Virus record (IMG/VR): IMGVR_UViG_3300024275_000015
Span: 1-41,532 of that record
From: a virus
Taxonomy: Duplodnaviria; Caudoviricetes
Reading direction: 5' to 3' (one strand)
Length of the DNA: 41,532 bases
Below the pieces are notes generated by a model, which saw only the letters and a program-made list of their open reading frames with translations, was not told where the DNA came from and did no database searches. Both the position numbers and the translations under genes were made by a program. Numbering within the stretch: position 1 is the stretch's first letter; the number at the start of each line of letters is the position of its first letter. This document shows positions 34,283 through 41,532 of the stretch, piece after piece.

Positions 34283-34439
34283 GAGGGTCGCCTTCCTGCT
34301 CGTCGCCGTAGTTGATCGGGTCGCCGCCGGAAGCGTCGGGCACGAGCTCGGCGGCCGGCTCGGTCCGGGTTCGCGCCTCGGCCGCCGCGCGCAGGTTGCC
34401 GGTTAGCTCCCTGCGCGCGGCGGCGTCGGCATCGGTCAC
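34257..34439 (-). CDS. Small hypothetical protein after the capsid gene (60 aa)
   Basis: GTGA overlap with the capsid stop. Confidence 0.5.
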   Translation of the reverse strand: MTDADAAARRELTGNLRAAAEARTRTEPAAELVPDASGGDPINYGDEQEGDPRATQHRGH

Positions 34440-35416
34440 GAGCCGGAACGGATGGCGACGGCCCGCACGAGGTGCGACAGACTGTTCGGGTCGGTCGGGG
34501 TGATCGGGTCGTTGACGACCGCCGTGCCGACCCACGCGTTGACGAGGGACCGGTCGGTCGTGTTCGTGTAGTCGTAATCCATCAGCCATCGGACGGACAC
34601 GCCGCCGTAGTACCCGGGCGAGCCGGCCCGGGCGCCCGCCTGCTGGACCTGCCCGAAGGTCGCGCCGCGCGGCACGAGCGGCGCCCGGGTCGCGAGCACG
34701 AATGCCGTGCGGTGGTACGCGTACGCGACGTCGTCGTCGATCGAGGTGGTCGGGACGACCATGAATTCGGCGATCATGCCGATAGAGCGCCGGCGCAGCG
34801 CGTCGGTCACCTCGGGGCCGATCGCGTCGAAGCGCGCGAAGCGGTCGTCGACGATGATCTGCTCTTTGACGTCGGCGCCGACGAGCAGGTACCGGTCGTC
34901 GGCCGGCACGTTCTGCTTGTCGAGCAGCTTCGCGGCCCGGGCGGCGACGAGGTACCAATCGGTCTTGCCGCCGACCACGAACTCGGCGTCGGTCGGGTCG
35001 AGGGTCATCGAGCCGAGGTAGGTCGCGTTCTCGATGACGTCGACGGCCTCGTCTTCGATGCCGTCGACGACGGCCCGCACCTGCGGCGAGAGCACCTGCG
35101 TCGCGAAATCCGTGATGTCGAGGGTGAGCTCTTCGTCGGTGATCGGGGCGCCGTTGTAGACGTCCGTCGTGAGCTGCACGGGCACGCCGAACTCGTTCGA
35201 CACGTCGTTCGTGATCGCCGTGCCGGCGCGCAGGGTGCGCTTCCGCGCGGTGCGCCGGGCCGGAACGCGCATGGTCACGGTGTCGCTCAGGGCGCCCGAG
35301 AACTCGCCCGGGTCGATGGCGTCGGTCCACAGGGTCTTGGCAACGACGAGGTCGCGGTACAGCAGGCCGACGGTCGCACGCGCGATCACGGTCGGCTTGA
35401 GGAACTTGTTAGCCAC
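34436..35416 (-). CDS. Major capsid protein
   Basis: MANKFLKP...DTVTMRVP...ITDEELTLDI...VPADDRYLLVG...AYHRTAF; follows the scaffold. Confidence 0.92.
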   Translation of the reverse strand: MANKFLKPTVIARATVGLLYRDLVVAKTLWTDAIDPGEFSGALSDTVTMRVPARRTARKRTLRAGTAITNDVSNEFGVPVQLTTDVYNGAPITDEELTLDITDFATQVLSPQVRAVVDGIEDEAVDVIENATYLGSMTLDPTDAEFVVGGKTDWYLVAARAAKLLDKQNVPADDRYLLVGADVKEQIIVDDRFARFDAIGPEVTDALRRRSIGMIAEFMVVPTTSIDDDVAYAYHRTAFVLATRAPLVPRGATFGQVQQAGARAGSPGYYGGVSVRWLMDYDYTNTTDRSLVNAWVGTAVVNDPITPTDPNSLSHLVRAVAIRSGS

Positions 35417-35468
35417 GCGGGCTCACTCCGTTCGGTTCGCGCGGCCGGCGTACCCGTACCGCTGTGGG

Positions 35469-36098
35469 TTAGCGTCTCGGAACGCCCTTGATGAGCTCAA
35501 GGGGGTCGAGCTTTTCGAGGTCGGCACTGTCGTCGGTCGGCGCCGGCGCACCCGATCGGAGCGTCTCGCGCGGCCGGCCGCCGTTGCCGGCCCGGGCCGG
35601 CGTACGAGCCGGGGGCGTCTCGCCCTCGTTCTCGCCGTCGCCCTGCTTGCCGTCACCGTTGCCGCCCTCGTTCTCGCCGTCCGTCGTGCCCGAGCCGGCG
35701 GTCGCCGCCCCGGTCTTGCCCGCCTTACGCGCCTTGACGTCGATGCCCATATCGGCGACGAACTCTTCGGCGTCGGCCCGCAGCTCGTCTGCGGTCTTAC
35801 CGCTCAGTCGCCGCGCTTCCTTCGGCGTCAAGCCGAACTCGTCGGCGATCGATCGCCGCGTGTTCTCGCTCTCGGCCTTTTCCGCGCGAGCGGTCAGCTT
35901 GTCGACGGCCGCCGTGAGCTGATCGAGCTTGCTCGCGTCGGCGTCGGCCGCCTGCGCCTTCGCCTTGAGGTCGTCGTAGTCGCCGAACTGGTCGCGAACC
36001 TTTTTCACCTCGGCGGCGATCATGGCTCGCACCTCGGCCCGCGAGAACGTCTTTTCGCCGCCCGCGCCGCCCGAGTTGTTGTCGTCTTCCGTGCCCAT
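35469..36098 (-). CDS. Capsid scaffolding protein
   Basis: KTFSRAEV, FGDYDDLKAKA, RLSGKTADELRADAE. Confidence 0.88.
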   Translation of the reverse strand: MGTEDDNNSGGAGGEKTFSRAEVRAMIAAEVKKVRDQFGDYDDLKAKAQAADADASKLDQLTAAVDKLTARAEKAESENTRRSIADEFGLTPKEARRLSGKTADELRADAEEFVADMGIDVKARKAGKTGAATAGSGTTDGENEGGNGDGKQGDGENEGETPPARTPARAGNGGRPRETLRSGAPAPTDDSADLEKLDPLELIKGVPRR

Positions 36099-36117
36099 AC
36101 CGGGGTCGCTCCCGTAG

Positions 36118-36924
36118 CTAACCGCCGTTGCCGGCGTCGTTTGCACCCGCGGCGCTCGGCTTTCCGTTATCGAGCCACCTGCGGTAATTGTTGAGTTGAT
36201 TATTACTCGTGTCGGTCGACATTGTGCCAGATGAGCGGGCCCACGCCTGCGCCTGCTGGTATTCGGCCGCGAACTCGGCGCCCCGGGCCGCGACGCCGAT
36301 GCCGACCGGGTCACCCGCGTACGCCGGCTCGGGCATGCAACCGCAGTGATCATGCGGCTCGAAGCCTGCCGATTTTTCCGATTTGTAGACCGGGCCGCGG
36401 GCCGCGAGCGTACGGCAGAACGTGCACGGGTCGCCGCTCGTCGCCCGGGCCCACCCGAGCGCCGCGCGGTCGTCGAGCGTGCCCGTGATGATCGTTTGCC
36501 GGCCGCCCGCGAGCACGAGCTTCGTCATCTCGCCCGCCGCGCGTATGAGCCCCTGCTGACTGGCTTGATCGACGGACATGCCGGCGCGGCGCGCGTCGAG
36601 GATGCCCTTAAGGGCAGCGCCGCGCAGCAGCCCTTGCACGACGTCGGCCGACGGCCGGCCGGCCGCAGGAATGGCGAGCCGGCCGACGCCCTCGACCCGC
36701 CGAAACAGACCGTAGTAATTCGCCGCAACCGCGGCAGACTGCTCGAAACCGGCGCCCGCGATGATCGCCGCGGCCCGGGCGAAGGTGTCGATCGTGCCTG
36801 CGAGGTTCGTCACGTCGACGAGCTGCCACAGTCGCAGGAGCTCTTGCAGCGAACCCGCCCGGGCGGCGAGCTGCGCCGCCCTGTGCGCGCTCGTCAGCGT
36901 GGCGCCGGCGGCCGTGAGTGCCAT
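36118..36924 (-). CDS. MuF-like minor head / capsid maturation protein
   Basis: GWAR...PCTFCRTLAARGPVY...HDHCGC motif; lies between portal and scaffold. Confidence 0.85.
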   Translation of the reverse strand: MALTAAGATLTSAHRAAQLAARAGSLQELLRLWQLVDVTNLAGTIDTFARAAAIIAGAGFEQSAAVAANYYGLFRRVEGVGRLAIPAAGRPSADVVQGLLRGAALKGILDARRAGMSVDQASQQGLIRAAGEMTKLVLAGGRQTIITGTLDDRAALGWARATSGDPCTFCRTLAARGPVYKSEKSAGFEPHDHCGCMPEPAYAGDPVGIGVAARGAEFAAEYQQAQAWARSSGTMSTDTSNNQLNNYRRWLDNGKPSAAGANDAGNGG

Positions 36925-36926
36925 CG

Positions 36927-38447
36927 CTACGCCTGCGCGCCGCGGGGCAGGATGAGCCCGGTCGAGGTGGTCGTCGTGCCGTCCGGGTTCGGGCCGGCCG
37001 GCGCCGGCGTGCCGGCCGCCTGCGAGTTGAGCAGGCTCGTCAACTGTCCGATCGAGTCGCCTTCCTTCGCCATCTGCTGCCAGCGCACGACGTCTTGCCG
37101 CGTGACGCCCGGGATGCGGTCCCATAGCGCCTGCGGCGGCACGTTGAGCATCTGCGCGACCTTGCCGAGTCCGTCGACGAGGGCGCCGAACGCGCGAGCG
37201 CTCGTGTCTTTCCAGACGACCTCGATCGTGTCGGGCACCTCGACGCCCTTGTACTCGCCGATCGTTTGGCTGAGCTGCTCGTGCGACTCGCCGAGGCAGG
37301 TCTTCGCGAGTTCGATCTTCCGGTCGCGGCCCGCCTCGGCCGCCGCGAGCGCCTCGGCCGAGAGGTTGACGAGCTCGCCGATGAGCTCGTGCACGGGCGT
37401 CTGCGAGAGGGTGGCGCCGTACTTGAGCACCGCTTCGCGGGCGCGCAGGAAGCCGTCGAGGGACGTCTCCGAGAACTCGCCGAGGCGCACGCTGTCGGGG
37501 TCGTCGTCGAAGGTCCACAACTGCGAGGCGGCCGACTTCATCTTCGCGGCCCGGTCTTCGGGAGTCCACCCGACGACCCAACGCTGACGGAACGCCGAGT
37601 ACCACATAGCCGAGGCGAGGGCGAAGCTTGCGACGTCCTGCTGATCTTGCAACGTCATCAGGGGCGCGACCTCGCCCGCGACGATGCACGTCTGGTTTCG
37701 GTTGTTGAAGGCGCCGATCGGGTTCTGCGCGAGGGGCTCGTCTTCGAGGTCGAGATCTTCTTCGCTGACGTACTTGATCACGGGCACGTAGTCGAGCCCG
37801 AGATCGGCTCGGTTGCCGATGACGCCCCATGACTTTTTCTCGGCGTCGTAGCCGAGCGTCCATACGCCGGCGCCCCCGCCGTCGGCCTCATACAGCCGGT
37901 ACGTGCCGTCGCGCCGCCATTCGAGCGCCTGCGCGGGGTAATCCGGGTCGTCGCCGTACAGCGCGGTCACGCGGCGCGGCGAGAGCGGCCGGATAACCGG
38001 CTCGGGCTCGCCCGGGGTCGCGATGACGTACCCGACGCCGTACTCGAAGACGACCCGGTACAGCCCGGACTGTCGGCGATCGAAGCGGTTAGCTTGCAGC
38101 GCCTGCCAGATGGGAGTTACGACGTTGTCGGGCGACGCCGGCACGGTGAGCGGGTCTTCGCCCGGGTCGGCCGGCTCGGGGTCGTCTTCGAGATCTTGCG
38201 CGCTCACCCGGATGTTGTCGAGGTAGAGCGACTCGATCAAGGAAGATAGAACGATGTCGATGAGATTGATTCGCGACATGCGCGCGAGCTCGCGCACCTC
38301 GGCCGGCGCGTCGGCCGGCACGACGAGGGGTAGCGCCTGCTTGCCCGTCGAGTAGAGGCGCAAGACGTCCATTTCCATGCGCTCGCGCTGCTGAATATCG
38401 CGGATGTGCGAGGCGGCGTCGATCGCCTGCTGTGGAGTCATTGCCAC
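36927..38447 (-). CDS. Portal protein (SPP1 gp6-like)
   Basis: AFRQRWVVG, GEFSETSL, NLSAEALAAAE, IPGVT; follows terL. Confidence 0.93.
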   Translation of the reverse strand: MAMTPQQAIDAASHIRDIQQRERMEMDVLRLYSTGKQALPLVVPADAPAEVRELARMSRINLIDIVLSSLIESLYLDNIRVSAQDLEDDPEPADPGEDPLTVPASPDNVVTPIWQALQANRFDRRQSGLYRVVFEYGVGYVIATPGEPEPVIRPLSPRRVTALYGDDPDYPAQALEWRRDGTYRLYEADGGGAGVWTLGYDAEKKSWGVIGNRADLGLDYVPVIKYVSEEDLDLEDEPLAQNPIGAFNNRNQTCIVAGEVAPLMTLQDQQDVASFALASAMWYSAFRQRWVVGWTPEDRAAKMKSAASQLWTFDDDPDSVRLGEFSETSLDGFLRAREAVLKYGATLSQTPVHELIGELVNLSAEALAAAEAGRDRKIELAKTCLGESHEQLSQTIGEYKGVEVPDTIEVVWKDTSARAFGALVDGLGKVAQMLNVPPQALWDRIPGVTRQDVVRWQQMAKEGDSIGQLTSLLNSQAAGTPAPAGPNPDGTTTTSTGLILPRGAQA

Positions 38448-38449
38448 GG

Positions 38450-40264
38450 CTAAAAGACCGCCTTTCCGCTGCTGCCCGGGCGCCGAGTGCGTACCTTGCC
38501 GCTATTGAGCACGATCCTACGGCCCATGCGCGCCCCGACGTACGTGACCGCGAGGTCGACGTGCTTCTTCGAGTCGCGCGTGACCTTGCCGAGCGAGACG
38601 CCCCACGGGTTCGGCCGGCGCTTCGCATCGTGGAAATGGCGCATCGCGAGCCCGTCGCCATCCCACGTGAAAGCGCTCTCTCCGGTCTGCTCGATGTCCT
38701 CGACGGTTTGCATCGCCGCCGCGGTGAACATGCGGTTACGGTCTTTGCCGCCGAGCGTCTTGATCCGCATGTCGAAAAGCACGGCGTGCCCGATGCGGGC
38801 GCCGGGGGTCGCCCAGACCTTGAGCCGCTTGCCGAAATCGCGGTGCCAGCCATCGATAAGCGGCATCCAATACAGCACGTCGGCGTCGTCATCGTCGCGG
38901 CCCGGGCCCGGGTCGACGCCAAACCACTCGATCTTGTACCGCTCGAAGGCGGCGCGCACGGTCGCGTCGACGACCTCGCGCGGCGCGAGCCACCCGTCGC
39001 CCGCCTTCCCGCGGGGCGGGCCCCACGCGCCGAGCCGGAACGTGTGCCCATCGGCGAGCCGGCAACCCGCGAACGCCGTGAAGTCGACGCTCTTCGAGCA
39101 GTCGAGAAAGGCGGCGATCTGTGTGCGCTCGGCGACGACGACCTGCGGGCGCGCTAGCGCATCGAGCTTCCGTGGATCTACCCACGCGTCTTCGGCCGCT
39201 GCGAGCCCGTTGAGGTAGTAGCGGATCGAGTCGGCGATCGGCGTCTCGGGGTCGAGCACCTCACCCATGAGCCGCACGATGTCGGCCCATGGCGCGTCTG
39301 CGTACGCCGCTTCGAGCCCGCGGCGCAGCGATTCCGGGTCGAAGACGTTGACGGTAGGCGGCGCCTCGATCGAGTCGTACAAGATGTCGATCGGCACGTC
39401 GGGGTTCTCGGCGTGCGCGACGACCTGCTGCTGCCACGCAGCGAAGGTGCGCTCGGCCGTCGAGTCGGCGCCCTGCTGGTGAGCGTTCGTGCCGTCGAGC
39501 GTGCGGGCTTGCAGCCAAGCAGGCGACTTGCCGACGTTGCGCCGCACGACCCGGGCGACGCGATGCCCGCCGCTCGTTTCGGTCATATGGTGCGTTTCGT
39601 TGAGAAAGACGAAGCTCGCAGGGTCGCCCTCGGCGCTGCTCTCCGACGCCGTGAGCACCTCTTGCCGGCCGCCAGTGCCCTTGATGATCGTGCGCGTCTC
39701 GCCGCAATCGAGGTCGTAGTACGCGCGTGCTTCCTTCGACCACATACCGTTGGCGACGCGCAGCACGTCTTTCGACTGCGCCTCAGAGTTACTTGCAATT
39801 TGCACGAGCGGCATGCCGTGCGGGATACCGACCCACCGCTGCTCGTCGTCATCGAAGACGAGCTGTGTCGGCCCGCAGAGCTCGGCGTTACAGATCGAGG
39901 CGCCGAACGGGTCTTTGCCCGTGCCCTTCGCGCCCCGCTTCGCGCCGCGCCGGTACACGAAACGTCCCGTTGCGGGATCGAATGCGTACCACAGGATGAC
40001 GAATCGCTTTTGTCCGGGTGTGTACCGCCACGGCGCCCCGGTCTGGTAGTCGATCAAGCCCGGGCCGTCGCCGCGGCCCTCGGCCCAATCGATGACGCCC
40101 GGGCCGATCGAGCAGGCGATGAGCAGGTCTTTCTCTGCTTGATCGGTAGGCCACGGGAGCGTTACCCACGCGTCGGTGTCGTACCACGGGTCGAGCCGGT
40201 ACCCGGGCAGCATGAGGTCGGCGGCGACCGCCTCGGCCGGCCGCGACAGGGTGCCGGCCGTCAT
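38450..40264 (-). CDS. terL: Terminase large subunit
   Basis: RGAKGTGKD Walker A, FLNETHH Walker B variant, TNAH coupling motif, FLDCSKSVD and HVDLAV nuclease motifs; ATGA start at 40264. Confidence 0.95.
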   Translation of the reverse strand: MTAGTLSRPAEAVAADLMLPGYRLDPWYDTDAWVTLPWPTDQAEKDLLIACSIGPGVIDWAEGRGDGPGLIDYQTGAPWRYTPGQKRFVILWYAFDPATGRFVYRRGAKRGAKGTGKDPFGASICNAELCGPTQLVFDDDEQRWVGIPHGMPLVQIASNSEAQSKDVLRVANGMWSKEARAYYDLDCGETRTIIKGTGGRQEVLTASESSAEGDPASFVFLNETHHMTETSGGHRVARVVRRNVGKSPAWLQARTLDGTNAHQQGADSTAERTFAAWQQQVVAHAENPDVPIDILYDSIEAPPTVNVFDPESLRRGLEAAYADAPWADIVRLMGEVLDPETPIADSIRYYLNGLAAAEDAWVDPRKLDALARPQVVVAERTQIAAFLDCSKSVDFTAFAGCRLADGHTFRLGAWGPPRGKAGDGWLAPREVVDATVRAAFERYKIEWFGVDPGPGRDDDDADVLYWMPLIDGWHRDFGKRLKVWATPGARIGHAVLFDMRIKTLGGKDRNRMFTAAAMQTVEDIEQTGESAFTWDGDGLAMRHFHDAKRRPNPWGVSLGKVTRDSKKHVDLAVTYVGARMGRRIVLNSGKVRTRRPGSSGKAVF

Positions 40265-40536
40265 GACGACCCGCGACCGCCGGACACGCGCCGATGGTGC
40301 CGCTCGACCGCCCTGCGCTCGGCCCGGGTCATCGCCTGCCACTTCGCGGGGTCTTGCACCCAATCGGGCACGCGCGCCGGTGTCGGCTTGCCGGCCGGCG
40401 CCACGCCGGCGGCGAGCTCGGGCTCGACGTCGAGCGGCGTGCCGCGGTGCACGAGCTCGGCCGCCACACGCACCGCGCCGGGGTCGAGCACGGTGTGCGT
40501 CTCGCGTACGGCGCGCATCGCCTTGTCGCGGGTCAT
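40261..40536 (-). CDS. Hypothetical protein (91 aa) between terS and terL
   Basis: MTRDKAMRAV...WQAMTRAERRA; coupled at both ends. Confidence 0.65.
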   Translation of the reverse strand: MTRDKAMRAVRETHTVLDPGAVRVAAELVHRGTPLDVEPELAAGVAPAGKPTPARVPDWVQDPAKWQAMTRAERRAVERHHRRVSGGRGSS

Positions 40537-40925
40537 CACGTGAGCTCGGGAATGATGAGGGCCGAGTGGTCGTCGCCCGGGTCGCCGAGCAGCACGACCT
40601 CGTCGTACGACGCGAAGCCCTGCGCGGCCGGCGCGGTGTGCTTCAACCACTTCGCCGTCTCGACCGCGCCGAACACGCCGCAGTAGACGCAGCGCGGTCG
40701 CTCGGGCTCGTCGACGTTGAGCTTCGGGTGCTGGCACTCGGGCGGCATGCGCCACTCGAAGACGCACGAGAGCTCGGCGTCTGAGTGCTGCTCGCAACGA
40801 TCGGTGCCGATGATGATGAGCCCGCCGCTCTCGTGGCAGTGCGGCTCGAGCTCGTCGAGCGACCACTCGATGACGACCGGCCCCTCGTCGAGCTCGCGGT
40901 GTTGAAGCATGAGCGTCGGCATCAC
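40536..40925 (-). CDS. Cys/His-rich hypothetical protein between terS and terL
   Basis: CQHP...CVYCG motif; coupled to terS. Confidence 0.7.
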   Translation of the reverse strand: MMPTLMLQHRELDEGPVVIEWSLDELEPHCHESGGLIIIGTDRCEQHSDAELSCVFEWRMPPECQHPKLNVDEPERPRCVYCGVFGAVETAKWLKHTAPAAQGFASYDEVVLLGDPGDDHSALIIPELT

Positions 40926-41389
40926 AGCCCCCGGTAATCGTCGAGGCGGGCGACGCCGGCCGGCGTCTCGTCGGGGTCGGCCTTCGCCTTCGGCTCGACG
41001 TAGCGGATACGCAGGTCACGGCGGGCGTCGGCGTACGTGCCCATCAGTTTCTCGCGTTGTCGCAGCTCGGCGCCGGTATAGCCGCGCCACGCTTCCATGG
41101 TGCGAGCGTGAATCTCGGCGGTATCCATGGCGAACTGCCAGTCGCTCTCGGTCCACAGTTTCGCGTGCGGCATGCGGGCGACGACCGCCCACCATCCGAG
41201 GGTCGCCTCGGGCCAATCGGGCGAGTTTGCTGCGCCGACGTCGATGACCGAGATCCCCCCGGTCGCGCGGTCGCGTAGCGCCGGCGCGCCCTCGAAGGGA
41301 ACGTCGTCAACCTCAGTGAAGTCGTACGTCGGATTCTTGTGCCGCACCTGCGATCGGTCGGCCTTCGGCTTCGTGCCCGGTACGCCCAT
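40922..41389 (-). CDS. terS: Terminase small subunit
   Basis: WPEATLGWW...PHAKLWTESDW...AELRQREKLMG...RRDLRI, the actinophage TerS pattern; first gene at the genome end. Confidence 0.9.
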   Translation of the reverse strand: MGVPGTKPKADRSQVRHKNPTYDFTEVDDVPFEGAPALRDRATGGISVIDVGAANSPDWPEATLGWWAVVARMPHAKLWTESDWQFAMDTAEIHARTMEAWRGYTGAELRQREKLMGTYADARRDLRIRYVEPKAKADPDETPAGVARLDDYRGL

Positions 41390-41411
41390 AAGCCCTATCC
41401 TCTCTCCCGAG

Positions 41412-41436
41412 CCGATCCTAGCAGGTACCTAGTAGC
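41412..41436 (-). promoter_or_regulatory. Late-operon promoter/operator CTACTAG-GTAC-CTGCTAG with extended -10 TGcTAGGAT
   Basis: Heptamer at 41418 plus a one-mismatch copy at 41429; same GTAC spacer as 16713. Confidence 0.7.
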
Positions 41437-41450
41437 TTTGAGTAATGGTT

Positions 41451-41477
41451 ACTCTCCGTAGCAAGGTCACGGAGAGT
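41451..41477. repeat. Inverted repeat ACTCTCCGT-N9-ACGGAGAGT near the right end
   Basis: Seen directly. Confidence 0.7.
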
Positions 41478-41532
41478 GATTCGGACATATGCCCCCGAAT
41501 CGGGCCGGAAGTCGTATCGTGGCGGAGACGCT

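Larger units (their letters stand above)
1..41532 (-). mobile_element. Actinobacterial siphovirus genome (apparently complete, reverse orientation)
   Basis: Canonical terS-terL-portal-scaffold-capsid-tail-TMP-lysis order, replication genes, HNH at one end and terS at the other; very high GC; no host housekeeping genes recognised. Confidence 0.95.

Noticed and set aside
36925-37863. Long N-terminal extensions in the ORF track (MuF-like 581 aa, scaffold 294 aa, helicase 596 aa, exonuclease 674 aa, terminator 313 aa)
   Set aside because: They overlap upstream genes in other frames; coupled or RBS-supported downstream starts exist.
39588-39612. TerL Walker B reads FLNE instead of hhDE, suggesting inactivation
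   Set aside because: As I recall, NETHH-type variants occur in this actinophage terminase group, and all other motifs are intact.
2995-41435. CTGCTAG repeats as a CRISPR array or att sites
   Set aside because: Heptamers are dispersed with 4-5 bp spacers; there are no unique 30-40 bp spacers and no cas or recombinase gene.
1-41532. Integrase, ParAB, tRNA or DNA polymerase genes
   Set aside because: No motifs recognised by eye; a divergent one among the hypotheticals cannot be excluded without HMM and tRNAscan searches.

Overview
The window looks like a complete, or nearly complete, ~41.5 kb high-GC actinobacterial siphovirus genome deposited in reverse orientation. From the right end, the minus strand carries terS, two small genes, terL, portal, a MuF/capsid-maturation-like protein, scaffold, major capsid, three extra putative virion genes, and the head-tail adaptor and stopper. 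These are followed by an FkbM methyltransferase and two GT2 glycosyltransferases (split by one plus-strand gene), the tail completion, tube and chaperone genes (with a -1 frameshift), tape measure, two minor tail genes, an M15 endolysin and four membrane/holin genes. A plus-strand operon (12.6-19.0 kb) encodes a PD-(D/E)XK exonuclease, a putative SSB and RusA. A divergent minus-strand arm encodes a ribbon-helix-helix-like regulator, a Prim-Pol/helicase followed by an AT-rich repeat region (putative ori), an SF2 helicase, many small accessory genes, and an HNH nuclease that runs off the left end. I could not find an integrase, ParAB, DNA polymerase, lysin B, tRNA or CRISPR array. The strongest unexplained signal is a heptamer, CTGCTAG/CTAGCAG. 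I found 18 exact copies at 9 gene-boundary loci, usually paired 4-5 bp apart and often overlapping extended -10 elements. Other leads are a glycosylation/methylation module inside the head-tail operon, a Crn4-like ring nuclease candidate, BldD-box-like motifs at both ends, and recurring leaderless promoters. All functional calls come from motif recognition by eye; no searches were run.
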